A stretch of DNA of 64,000 nt, taken from contig NIVC01003468.1 of assembly GCA_002269645.1 (NCBI GenBank), positions 1 to 64,000 of the forward strand. The letters are read 5' to 3'. The notes under the pieces were generated by a model, which saw only the letters and a list, made by a program, of their open reading frames with translations, ran no database searches and was not told the origin of the DNA. This document shows, in pieces, positions 47,776 through 61,500 of this stretch. How positions within the stretch are numbered: the stretch's first letter is position 1; each line of letters opens with the position of its first letter. The position numbers and the translations under genes were made by a program. Source of the DNA: Macrostomum lignano (lineage: Eukaryota).

Positions 47776-49595
47776 TTAGTGAGACTAGATGATGCAAAGT
47801 CAGGAAAGCTTTGGTAAATGCAGAGACAAATAGTTTGCCAATAGGTGATAAAGGCAAGTAGGCTAGGTGATGCAAAATTAAAAAGGTATAATACAAATTC
47901 AAGTAAGATAAGCAATGGAAAATGAAGAACAATAGTTGTTAAAGAGAGTTGCAATATAATGGCTTTCAAATTAACTATAGTATTTATAAATATTAACAAT
48001 AATATGAAGGCTATAGTAGTGTTACTTTTCATTATATGTCTTGTTCTAATGATCCGAATAATATCATTTTCTACAAATTTTTAGCGGCAACTCTTTTCTT
48101 TATGTTAACTTTAACATCTTTAAAATCAGACAATGGAAACAAAAGTTATAAACTCAAATGTAGTAGGAGTTTGACCATAGACCTACAGTAAGTTAAAAAG
48201 CTAGCAAAATTTTGAAGTGGAAACTGAAAAAATGGGTAATTGGCTGCAATAAATGTGTACAATAACTGCAGTAAATGACTATATTAAACCTATGAGGTCG
48301 ATGAAAGTTGCTCATGAGTCTTGGCTGCACTGTGCCTTGTCCTCCAAAGGGTATAAATCCCACTTCCCTGAGCAACAGTTGAATGCACATCCATGACTTT
48401 TGGTGCAGCAAAAGGAGAAAACAAAAAGCAATAAAGCTAAAGCCTAGTGGGAAATATTTGACTGCTTTAAAAGTTTTTGTTTTTCCAAGTTTTTCTATAG
48501 AAGTCTCTGTCAAAGCAGCCTAACAAATAAGTCTGAGTTTATTTAATCAAAAGTACTTTTGCTACTTTATACTAGCTTGTTAACTTACTATAAGTTTATA
48601 GTCAAGCTCCTACTATATTTTAGTTCATAAATTTTGTTTCTAGTGTCTAATTTTAAAGATCTTAAAGTTAATTAAAGAAGAGAATTGCTGCTATAAATTT
48701 GTGCAAAATGATATTATTTGGATCATTATAATGAGAGATATAATGAAAAATAACACTACTTTTAGGACAGCCCTTAAATATTAAAACTAAATAACTTTTC
48801 TTATCAAAATTAGATAATTTTTATAAGCTATATTATAAATAACTAAAAGGAATTTTAGTATATATATTTGATTTTATTAGAATTTCTTACAACTAGGCCT
48901 ATATTATAACAATAAATAAAGATTAACTTTAGACCCTCGATATACATGTGATCTAGCTGGTCATAATGCGGATAAAGAGTAAGAAGTAATCCAAAAAACA
49001 AAAGTATCCACTTACTTGCTTAAGTTTTAGTAAAACTACTATGGACTTGATAAATTGTCTTAGCAAATGTACCACCACCAAATTATAAAATTGAAGTTGT
49101 ATGTTTGTGAAAATTAATTAAAGCACGAAAATTAGATTTTTAGCTGAATTTTCTATTTATGTATTACTGCTATAAATGAAAAAAAATGAATTTATTCTAA
49201 AGAATACTCATATCATATAGTTACACTTAAAAGTTACAAGTTTTTGTAGATTTGTTTTACTTGTTAATATATTTACAGCGATAACTTTTAACTTTTGTCC
49301 TGCTGAATTTTCAACGTCGATGTGCTTTTGGCTTAAGCCAGACAGGTGTTGTAGGTTAGTTCTCGGTCATCGAATCGCAGGTAATAAATGCCTGCAAAAA
49401 GTATTATATTTACATATGTATGAACTATTCAGGTTAGATCGCCTCTATATAACTAAACCTGACACTGGAAGCAGGTTTTAACTGTCAATTTTTTTTGCAA
49501 TTGACATAAGTCGCTAAAATCTCGAATCCCTTTGAAAGAGTGTACAACACTTGCATCAATACCCAAGTTTGCAAGATAATCGTATAAAATATATA

Positions 49596-52500
49596 ATGGC
49601 TGACTTAGAAGCAGTATTGGCTGATGTCAGTTTTCTTATGGCAATGGAAAAATCAAAATCAACTCCAGCTGCCCGAGCTAGCAAGAAAATTACTCTTCCT
49701 GATCCAAGGTAAGTCAAAAACTTATTCAGAAAATTGATCGAATTCAAAACTAAATTAAGTTACTGATACTTCTAGACTGCTTTATAGAAGTTTTCTAAAA
49801 ACTATTAGGTTTTTCACAACCAAAATATCAAAGAGTGAGTTATTGTTAACTACTTCCTTTGATTTTCTACTCCTTTTTCTTGCATTAGCAATGATGGCTT
49901 TTTCATATGACTTCACTTAGGGCATGTCAATAACGAAATAATTAATGAGCTCTGAGTTTGAACTCAGGATTTCTCGCTTTCACATACTTTCTAGCTTAGA
50001 GTTTTTGTTTTTATTTTTAACTTTTTAATTTAATATTTAAAATTAAAAAGTGATATCAATGCGTACAAGCCAGGCTTGGGAAATATTGAATTTTTTGCTT
50101 TCAAATTTTTAGCATTCGAAGCGTGATGATCAAGTACCTCAGCAAGACTGGCGAAATCACATTCGACAAGATCTTCAACCAACGCCTTGGCTTTCTGCTC
50201 TTCAAAGAATTTGTAGAGCAGCAAATGGAGGAGCTCGCCCAGGTGCTCTCCTTCTACGAGGAGGTACAAAAATTCGAAGAGCTCGACTGCGAAGAGATGC
50301 GCCTGAAGCTGGGGAGGAACATATACGACTCCTTCATCATGCAGGAACTGCTGGCTCAAAGCCACCGCTTCAGCATGTCGCTGGTGAAAAATGTCCAGGA
50401 ACTGCTCACGGCCTCTCGTCGGTCCAACTTCCTGCCGCAGGACACTTTCCGGCCGTACACCGCGGAAATCCGCGACGTCCTCGAGAAGGAGGGCTTTGAG
50501 CCGTTCCTCAAATCGGACAGGTTCACCGCTTCTGCCAGTGGAAGAACCTGGAGCTGAACATTAATGTGAGCATTGGGCTGGTCCCATCGGGTGCGGGTTG
50601 GCGCAGCACTCTGAGGTTGTAAAAGAGTTAAGTTTCCAATTTTGCTGTTATTGCCAGCAACAATTTCTGTTATCAACATCATACTTTACAGTCACTCAGC
50701 CCTGAATATCTCGCGCTTTCAGGCTGTCGTGTAGTGAAGTTTCTCCATTGCCACTCCCGTCCAATTAGGCTTGATGCTGGTCAGGGCAAGTAAACATATT
50801 TGTAAACATTCATGGCGTTTTTTCATAAAATTCTGCACAGAGAGCTCTGAAGATAACCAATGTTAAGTTTAGAAGTTCCCTGCTCCTGGATCTGCTTCCA
50901 GCCAGTCTGAGCGGGTGAGTCATAAAACTGAGTGCAGGTGCAACAGCCTCCCCAAATTCCGTACCCAGATCCAGGGCCCTCCCCAGGCCCAGGGCAATTG
51001 GAAGTTTCCATAAAATTGCATGGCTGCGCGGTATCCCTTTTAGCTGACTTCGTGAGTTTGTTTTACCAGCTCATATTTTTTAATTTGAATTCGTGCAATT
51101 CCAATTCAATTCCCCCCTCGTGCTCAAATGCTCACCGGTACAGCTGCACTCAGGCAACAATTATAGAATTGAGTAAGGTTGTAAAATCGTCATTGTAAAA
51201 CTGCAACATTGCTGTTGTTGCTACTGCGCCATAATATCAGTGGCGGCAAGGGGAGGGGCGGCTGTTTCAGTCTGAGCAGGGCACGAGGATTCAATTTGCC
51301 TCCCCCACCCGCCGGTCTCAAGCTGCACTTCCGCCCTTGCCCGGCTTCCGGCCGACTACAAGAGGCCAAAAGTGTCTCCCCGAAGCGCCTGCCTGGACGC
51401 AGCCGGGCCCGCAGCCCGCCTTAAGCAGCTTTTGAGCTGCAGGGCGAAGAAAAAATTGCCAAACGAGCCCCATCCCCCCCCCAGCGAAGGGGATTAAAGA
51501 AGGCCGATGAGGGATTCGTTTGTGCGAAGCCATCAGAGTTGTCAGTCAGAGCTGCTAATGCTGGTCTGGGTTGAGGCCTCCCTCCCGCTGTCATTCTCGC
51601 CCCGCGTGCGCAACTTTGTCCTGCCTCAAGAGCCACAAAGCGAGCGAGAGGATCGCGAGTAGTCGGCAAAGTGAGAGGGTGGCAAAATAAGGGAGGGGCC
51701 GCCGGGATCGGGCTCGCCTCCTTCGCCTTACCTGTCCGACTGCCTCTTTTTTTAGCCAATCGATTATCCGCGCCCTGCTCACAGGGGTGGCTGGCGATCG
51801 AGAGCTCGGTGCGACAGTGGGGGCGGGGAGGCGCACATAGCAGAGGGAGGCTCTGCTTCTCAAAGAAGCCGCTGCAGGCCACATCGTTCTCTTGTCCCCT
51901 TAGGAGAGACCCGCGTCTTTATGGGAGTCTGCATGAGACTCAACATGTCTCATTGAGTCTGCATGCGACTGAACATGTCTCATTGTGAGTCTGCATGAGA
52001 CTGAACATGGTGCATTGTGAGTCTGCATGAGACTGAACATGTCTCATTGTGAGTCTGCATGAGACTGAACATAGTGCATTGTGAGTCTGCATGAGACTGA
52101 ACATGTCTCATTGTGAGTCTGCATGAGACTGAACATAGTGCATTGTGAGTCTGCATGAGACTGAACATGTCTCATTGTGAGTCTGCATGAGACTGAACAT
52201 AGTGCATTGTGAGTCTGCATGAGACTGAACATGTCTCATTGTGAGTCTGCATGAGACTGAACATAGTGCATTGTGAGTCTGCATGAGACTGAACATGTCT
52301 CATTGTGAGTCTGCATGAGACTGAACATAGTGCATTGTGAGTCTGCATGAGACTGAACATGTCTCATTGTGAGTCTGCATGAGACTGAACATAGTGCATT
52401 GTGAGTCTGCATGAGACTGAACATGTCTCATTGTGAGTCTGCATGAGACTGAACATGTGCATTGTGAGTCTGCATGAGACTGGAACATGTCTCATTGTGA

Positions 52501-55500
52501 GTCTGCATGAGACTGAACATAGTGCATTGTGAGTCTGCATGAGACTGAACATGTCTCATTGTGAGTCTGCATGAGACTGAACATAGTGCATTGTGAGTCT
52601 GCATGAGACTGAACATGTCTCATTGTGAGTCTGCATGAGACTGAACATAGTGCATTGTGAGTCTGCATGCGACTGAACATGTCTCATTGTGAGTCTGCAT
52701 GAGACTGAACATGGTGCATTGTGAGTCTGCATGAGACTCACATGTCTCATTGTGAGTCTGCATGAGACTGAACATAGTGCATTGTGAGTCTGCATGAGAC
52801 TGAACATGTCTCATTGTGAGTCTGCATGAGACTGAACATAGTGCATTGTGAGTCTGCATGAGACTGAACATGTCTCATTGTGAGTCTGCATGAGACTGAA
52901 CATAGTGCATTGTGAGTCTGCATGAGACTGAACATGTCTCATTGTGAGTCTGCATGAGACTGAACATGTCTCATTGTGAGTCTGAATGAGACTGAACATA
53001 GTGCATTGTGAGTCTGCATGAGACTGAACATGGTGCATTGTGAGTCTGCATGCATCAATACAGCTCAATATTCCACACGTTTCTGAGCGGAGACTATTCT
53101 GTTTCTGCGCATGTGAATTGGTGTGGGTGTTGCCTGTTCTGTAGGCGGTGCGATTTTGTATCATTTTGTGCTGCGCATGTTTGAATGGGCAATTAGGGGA
53201 ACTGCTCAAGCCTGCACTTGTACAGAAAGGCCAACCATACCCGCCCGCTCAGCCCTGGTTCGGTCTCATGGCGCAGGCCGGACTCAAACAAACACAGATG
53301 ATAAAAATGGATGAACTGCTGCAGCGGGCAGCGGCAATTCTGCGCCCTTTTAAGGTCTGGCGAACAGCTTACTAAAAACAGCTGCTGTCTTACCCTCTCC
53401 AGACTGTGCTGATCCCCTGCCCCGGTCTTCCCTACCGGCCCTCGCCTGGCTCCCATAATGCCGCAATTTGATTTACTGCTTGCCGCTTGTTTGATCAAAA
53501 TCGGGTGGCTCTGAGGGGCCGCTGGGAGCTGCCGGCGGGGGGGGGGGCAGCAGGCTCCGCCAGAGCGCAGGAGAAAGGGGCGCTGAGCCGGAGGGGGGGC
53601 GCGAAGTCGCAGCCGCCTTGCTGTTGTTGCTGAGAGAGCCGCCCGCCAGCTTTTATGATCGCGCCGGTCTCCCCTATTCAGCCCGGCGGCTCTATTTTTA
53701 ATGCTCATTGATGCCGGTCAGGCTGATCGGTGCCGCTGCTAATGGAGAGCCGCTCTGTTTAATAATGAGTTCTATCTGTCCTTAATATGCCTTCTCAACC
53801 CTGGGCTGGGGAGCCGCATTTTCGAGTAACAACACGCATGAAGGCTATGATGCTAGGGATGCAGGTGGAGAGTTCAGACCCCCAATCCACACTCTCACAT
53901 CAGACGCACCTGTCTGCACACCTGGCCATCTTGCAGCGGCTTTGGTTGTGCATTCATGCACTTGCAGTCTGAGGTTCTACGGGGTTGTGGCCCCGTGGTC
54001 AGAGCGTCGGACTCACGACTTGAAGGTCGGGGGTTCGATTCCCGATCCCACTCGGAACTATATATTATGAGCAAGACATTATGTTGCTTCAGTTCACCCA
54101 GCTGTAAAATGGGTGCCAGCATTAGCCGGGGTAATTGAGGGTGAGTGTGGCGACCCTCCAGTCCTTGGACTGAACGGCCGCACGCAGATACTTCAGATGC
54201 GCCGCGCAATAGCTGCGACTGAGCTGTCGGCTGCACATCTGGCCCAATTGGGCAATTATTATTTTAACGGGACGAAAACCCCAGCTAAAAAGGAGAACTT
54301 TCAAATTTTTCCCGCAGCTGACTATGAACGACTTCAGCGTGCATCGGATCATCGGTCGCGGCGGGTTCGGCGAGGTGTACGGCTGTCGCAAGGCCGACAC
54401 GGGCAAGATGTACGCCATGAAGTGCTTGGACAAGAAGCGAATCAAGCTGAAAGGCGGCGAGACTCTGGCGCTGAACGAGCGGATTATGCTCTCCCTGGTG
54501 AGCACGGGGGACAGCTGCCCCTTCATCGTCTGCATGACCTACGCCTTCCAGACCAACGAGAAGCTGTGCTTCATCCTGGACCTCATGAACGGCGGCGACC
54601 TGCACTACCACCTGTCCCAGCACGGCGTGTTCGCTGAGAAGGAGGTGAAATTTTACGCAGCTGAGGTCATCCTGGGTCTTGAGCACATGCACTCCAGGTT
54701 CGTGGTCTATAGAGATCTCAAGGTGAGTCCGAAGGTGGCACCGAGAGTTGATAAACTGGAATTCAAATATTCACCGCTGGGTGACCCCAATGTTCAAGGT
54801 GCGATGCTGGTAGGTTGGGAACTGGGACTGCAGATAGACAATCCAAATGGTAGGTTGGGACTGGGACTTCAGATTGACATCCCAAATGGTAGGTTGGGAC
54901 TGGGACTTCAGATTGACATCCCAAATGGTAGGTTGGGACTGGGACTTCAGATTGACATCCCAAATGGTAGGTTGGGACTGGGACTGCAGATAGACAATCC
55001 AAATGGTAGGTTGGGAACTGGGACTGCAGATAGACAATCCAAATGGTAGGTTGGGACTGGGACTGCAGATAGACAATCCAAATGGTAGGTTGGGACTGGG
55101 ACTTCAGATAGACAATCCAAATGGTAGGTTGGGACTGGGACTTCAGATTGACATCCCAAATGGTAGGTTGGGACTGGGACTTCAGATTGACATCCTAGTT
55201 GATCATTGAGATTAGAATCAGGGAATTTTTCTGTTTAAGATTCAAAAGGTTTTAATTATTGCAATCACGGGTCGCGAATTCAGTCCTCAGATCTGGGCGG
55301 AGCTCCGGGATCAGGGCTCAGTATTTTTGCGGTCTCCAAGAATCGACCCTGGCATGCATGAGCACCGGGAAGTTTTCTTCGCACTGTGCTCCTTATGCCT
55401 CTGCATCTCTTCTCAGCTTCTTAGTTTCCAGCGCCACGAACCCGCACAGCCCTGCTGTCGGCTCCCTAATGATGAGAGCTAGTTTTTAAAAATTGTTCGC

Positions 55501-58500
55501 TCAACTGCATCTCCTGATCCACGGCCTCCCGTCACCTCCCGCTGTCCCCAAAGTGCGGCAGCCGCCCGCGTGAGCGCCTGTTTCGAATCTTAATCTCCCT
55601 CACTGCTCCCGCGCCTAATCCTAATCCCTTATTCCTTGATCTGTTCTTATCCGACTCTCAGCCCCTGCCCCTCCCCCCCCCTGACGGAGGCGGGAGAGGG
55701 GTCGAGAGCGTTTCCTGAGCCCGGCCACTAGACTCCGGCACTGACTTCCGGCTCCTTCTCTGACGCTTTCTGACGCCGATCGCTGCGTTGAAAGAGAGGG
55801 AGGGGGTGGGGCCAATAAGGAAATTGGGAAAACGGGAAAATCTGCAGACTCCAATTCGAAGTGTTTTTGAGTTGTCTGACCTGTGATTGGATTTATTTCG
55901 AAATTGTTTACGCCTTGAAGGTCACCAGTCTAATTGTTTTGAAAGACTTTTTATAGAAGAAAAACATGCTTGTAGTGCATTGGGCGAAACCCAGGATGGA
56001 ATCTTACGCGGAGGCAGTGGCATCTCAACTAGAGGAAATGGGATCTCAATTAGAGGCAGAGGGATCTCCATTAGAGGCAGTGGGATCTCAATTAGAGGCA
56101 GTGGGATCTCAATTAGAGGCAGTGGGATCTCAATTAGAGGCAGTGGGATCTCCATTAGAGGCAGTGGCATCTCAACTAGAGGAAATGGGATCTCAATTAG
56201 AGGCAGTGGGATCTCAATTAGAGGCAGTGGGATCTCCATTAGAGGCAGTGGGATCTCAATTAGAGGCAGTGGGATCTCAATTAGAGGCAGTGGGACCTCC
56301 ATTAGAGGCAGTGGGATCTCCATTAGAGGCAGTGGGGTCTCCATTAGAGGCAGTGGGATCTCCATTAGAGGCAGAGGGACCTCCATTAGAGGCAGTGGGA
56401 TCTCCATTAGAGGCAGTGGGGTCTCCATTAGAGGCAGTGGGATCTCCATTAGAGGCAGTGGGACCTCCATTAGAGGCAGTGGGATCTCCATTAGAGGCAG
56501 TGGGATCTCCATTAGAGGCAGTGGGACCTCCATTAGAGGCAGTGGGATCTCCATTAGAGGCAGTGGCATCTCTATTAGAGGCAGTGGGATCTCAATTAGA
56601 GGCAGTGGGACTTTCATTAGAGGCAGTGGGACCTCCATTAGAGGCGATCTGAAGAAGACAGCAGCGGCAGGATCTCCTGCTCCCCGCAGCCCGCCAACAT
56701 CCTGCTGGACGAGAACGGCCACGTCCGCATCAGCGACCTCGGCCTCGCTTGCGACTTCTCGCGCAAGAAGCCGCACGCGAGCGTCGGCACGCACGGCTAC
56801 ATGGCGCCGGAGGTGTTGCAGAAGGGCGCCGCCTACGACAGCTCGGCGGACTGGTTCAGCCTAGGCTGCATGCTGTACAAGCTGCTCAAGGGCCACAGCC
56901 CGTTCAGGCATCACAAGACTCGGGACAAACACGAGATCGACCGTATGACGCTGACCGTCAGCCCGGACCTCACCGACTCCGCGTCGCCGGAGATCCGCGC
57001 CCTGCTGGAGGGCCTCCTGGCCAGAGACGTCGATCAGCGCCTCGGCTGTCGGGGCCGCGGCGCCGCCGAAGTCAAGGAGCATCCGTTCTTCGCCGGCATC
57101 GACTGGACGCAGGTGTACCTGCAGAAGTACCCGGCGCCATTGGTGCCACCGCGGGGCGAGGTCAACGCACACGACGCCTTCGACATCGGCTCCTTCGACG
57201 AGGAGGACACCAAGGGTGAGGGAGAGCGTCTTGGTTCAGTGATGAAGTCGGAAAGCAGGGGTCTCAACTATCCATTATTTGTAAGTTTAGGATGATGGAG
57301 TGCAGAGTCTTAGATGGTGATGTTTTTTGAATATGGGACAATGAACCATCTGGGAGTATAGAGCCTATCGAGACTGGGATGATGCAGCTTGGAGAGGCTG
57401 AGATAACTTAACTATGGAGTCTGGGATGCCATAGCTGAAGGAGTCTGGGATGCCATAGCTGAAGGAGTCTGGGATGCCATAGCTGAAGGAGTCTGGGATG
57501 CCATAGCTGAAGGAGTCTGGGATGCCATAGCTGAAGGAGTCTAGAATGATGAGCCTAAGAAGTTTGGAGTCATGGTGGGCCTAGGGAGTCTATGATGATG
57601 AAGCTTAGAGAGATGTTGGATGATGGAGCCCTAAGGAAGCTGGAATGATGGAGTGAGGAGTCTGGGATGGTTGAGCTTAAAATATGGTGTGATAAAGCCT
57701 AAAGAATCAGTTGCAGTGATAGCCTAGAACTCCTGGCTCACTCCTCCCCATCCCAGGCATCAAGCTGACGGACATCGATCAGCAGCTGTATCGCAACTTC
57801 CCCCTTGTCGTGTCCGAGCGCTGGCAGCTGGAGGTATCCGAGACAGTGTTCAAGGTGGTCAACCAAGACATGGACAAGGCCGAACTGAAGCGCAAAGCCA
57901 AGCGGGACGACAGCGGCGAGCTGGCCGCAGACTCCGACTGCATCGTGGAGGGCGAGGTGCAGCGCCTGGGCGGGCCGTTCCTGCAATCCTGGCAGAAGAA
58001 GCACCTTAAGCTGTTCCCGAACAGGCTGGAGTTCCACAGCAAGTCACGCGACAGCGTCCTGCTGAAGAAAAGCGCCGAGCTCATCAGCATGTTCGACATC
58101 AAGGACATTTGTCCAGAGTTTCAGAAGCTTAACAAGTACGAGAATTGCATCGTCATCAACTTGAAGTCCGACCAGAAGGTGTACATTACATCGCCGGTAG
58201 GTTGCTGATAAAATGCAGAAAAGTATCGGAACTGAGGGAGTAGATGTACAATTGTACATTGCGAAGGGCAGAAAAGTATCGGAACTGAGGGAGTAGATGT
58301 ACAATTGTACATTGCGAAGGGCAGAAAAGTATCGGAACTGAGGGAGTAGATGTACAATTGTACATTGCGAAGGGCAGAAAAGTATCGGAACTGAGGGAGT
58401 AGATGTAAAATTGTACATTGCGAAGGGCAGAAAAGTATCGGAACTGAGGGAGTAGATGTACAATTGTACATTGCGAAGGGCAGAAAAGTATCGGAACTGA

Positions 58501-61500
58501 GGGAGTAGATGTACAATTGTACATTGCGAAGAGCAGAAAAGTATCGGAACTGAGGGAGTAGATGTACAATTGTAGATTGCAAAGGGCAGAAAAGTATCGG
58601 AACTGAGGGAGTAGATGTACAATTGTACATTGCGAAGGGCAGAAAAGTATCGGAACTGAGGGAGTAGATGTACAATTGTACATTGCGAAGGGCAGAAAAG
58701 TATCGGAACTGAGGGAGTATATGTACAATTGTAGATTGCAAAGGGCAGAAAAGTATCGGAACTGAGGGAGTAGATGTACAATTGTACATTGCGAAGGGCA
58801 GAAAAGTATCGGAACTGAGGGAGTAGATGTACAATTGTACATTGCGAAGGGCAGAAAAGTATCGGAACTGAGGGAGTAGATGTACAATTGTAGATTGCGA
58901 AGGGCAGAAAAGTATCGGAACTGAGGGAGTAGATGTACAATTGTACATTGCGAAGGGCAGAAAAGTATCGGAACTGAGGGAATGGATGTACAATTGTACA
59001 TTGCGAAGGGCAGAAAAGTATCGGAACTGAGGGAATGGATGTACAATTGTACATTGCGAAGGGCAGAAAAGTATCGGAACTGAGGGAATGGATGTACAAT
59101 TGTGCATTGCGAAGGGCAGAAAAGTATCGGAACTGAGGGAGTAGATTGTACAATTGTACATTGCGAAGGGCAGAAAAGTATCGGAACTGAGGGAGTAGAT
59201 GTACAATTGTACATTGCGAAGAGCAGAAAAGTATCGGAACTGAGGGAGTAGATGTACAATTGTACATTGCGAAGAGCAGAAAAGTATCGGAACTGAGGGA
59301 ATGGATGTACAATTGTACATTGCGAAGGGCAGAAAAGTGTCGGAACTGAGGGAATGCACGACTACGTGATAATCGGACCAATCTGTACAAAAAAGTTTTA
59401 GCAAAGTAGTACTTTTAAGTTTTAGGGCTTGCCAAGATTGAAAAAACTGTAGGTAGCAACGGGAGTTAGTGATCGCAATTAAAAGAGCACTTTGCACTCA
59501 ACCGCAAAAGTGCATGCAGTCGTAGGCATCCGGGCGAAATGCTCGTGCGTCACACGCGCTCTCTGACCTCACTGCCCCCCCCCCGTGACGGCGGGTGCTG
59601 GCCGGCCGGGACGTGACTCAGCCACCGACTAGTTTTCATATCTGGCAAAGGGATTTGCCCTCGTGGGTTCAGCTCACACAGGATGGTGTAATATTGCACG
59701 GATTGATGAAAGGCAGACCCGGGGGATTCGGGGCTGGATAATATTGCCTGTTTGAGGCCTGCGCTGACAGGCCAGCTCCCGATTTCAATGAGAAGCTGCT
59801 GTGCACTGCGCGAACTCGCCGCAACTCGAATCCTGCTTTCATTGGGATTATGAGAATGCTTGTGAATGCACTCGCGAGGGAATGTTTGTTTGCGTCCGAT
59901 ATGAAGATACTCGACTTCTTGGCTAGTTGGCAAACGGTTGTTATAAGAGCTAGGTTATTATTAATATGAGATAAGATAGGTGATATCAGAGATATTTGGT
60001 TTACGATTAGAGATCATTAAAAAGAGATTGGATAGGATTGATGCAAGATTAGAAATGGCTGGTGTGAGACTAGAAATCATTAAAAAGAGATTGGATAGGA
60101 TTGATGCAAGATTAGAGATGGCTGGTGTGAGACTAGAAATCATTAAAAAGAGATTGGATAGGATTGATGCAAGATTAGAGATTGCTGGTGTGAGATAAGA
60201 GATCATTAAAAAGAGATTGGATAGGATTGATGTAAGATTAGAGATGTCTGGTGTGAGATTAGAGATCACTAATAAGCGATTAGATAGGATTGATGCAAGA
60301 TTAGAGATTGCTGGTGTGAGACTAGAAATCATTAAAAAGAGATTGGATAGGATTGATGCAAGATTAGAGATGGCTGGTGTGAGACTAGAAATCATTAAAA
60401 AGAGATTGGATAGGATTGATGCAAGATTAGAGATTGCTGGTGTGAGATAAGAGATCATTAAAAAGAGATTGGATAGGATTGATGTAAGATTAGAGATGTC
60501 TGGTGTGAGATTAGAGATCACTAATAAGCGATTAGATAGGATTGATGCAAGATTAGAGATTGCTGGTGTGAGACTAGAAATCATTAAAAAGAGATTGGAT
60601 AGGATTGATGCAAGATTAGAGATGGCTGGTGTGAGACTAGAAATCATTAAAAAGAGATTGGATAGGATTGATGCAAGATTAGAGATTGCTGGTGTGAGAT
60701 AAGAGATCATTAAAAAGAGATTGGATAGGATTGATGTAAGATTAGAGATGTCTGGTGTGAGATTAGAGATCACTAATAAGCGATTAGATAGGATTGATGC
60801 AAGATTAGAGATTGCTGGTGTGAGATTAGAGATCATTAAAAAGAGATTGGATAGGATTGATGCAAGATTAGAGATGGCTGGTGTGAGACTAGAAATCATT
60901 AAAAAGAGATTGGATAGGATTGATGTAAGATTAGAGATGGCTGGTGTGAGACTAGAAATCATTAAAAAGAGATTGGATAGGATTGATGCAAGATTAGAGA
61001 TGGCTGGTGTGAGACTAGAGATCATTAAAAAGAGATTGGATAGGATTGATGCAAGATTAGAGATGGCTGGTGTGAGATTAGAGATCACTAATAAGCGATT
61101 AGATGGGATTGATTCAAGATTAGAGATGGCTGGTGTGAGACTAGAAATTATTAAAAAGAGATTGGATAGGATTGATGCAAGATTAGAGATGGCTGGTGTG
61201 AGACTAGAGATCATTAAAAAGAGATTGGATAGGATTGATGTAAGATTAGAGATGGCTGGTGTGAGACTAGAAATCATTAAAAAGAGATTGGATAGGATTG
61301 ATGCAAGATTAGAGATGGCTGGTGTGAGACTAGAGACCATTAAAAGAGATTGGATAGGATTGATGCAAGATTAGAGATGGCTGGTGTGAGACTAGAGATC
61401 ATTAAAAAGAGATTGGATAGGATTGATGCAAGATTAGAGATGGCTGGTGTGAGACTAGAGATCATTAAAAAGAGATTGGATAGGATTGATGCAAGATTAG

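Noticed and set aside
53981-54050. tRNA gene
   Set aside because: A and B boxes are present but acceptor and anticodon stems do not pair properly, and a SINE-type body follows.
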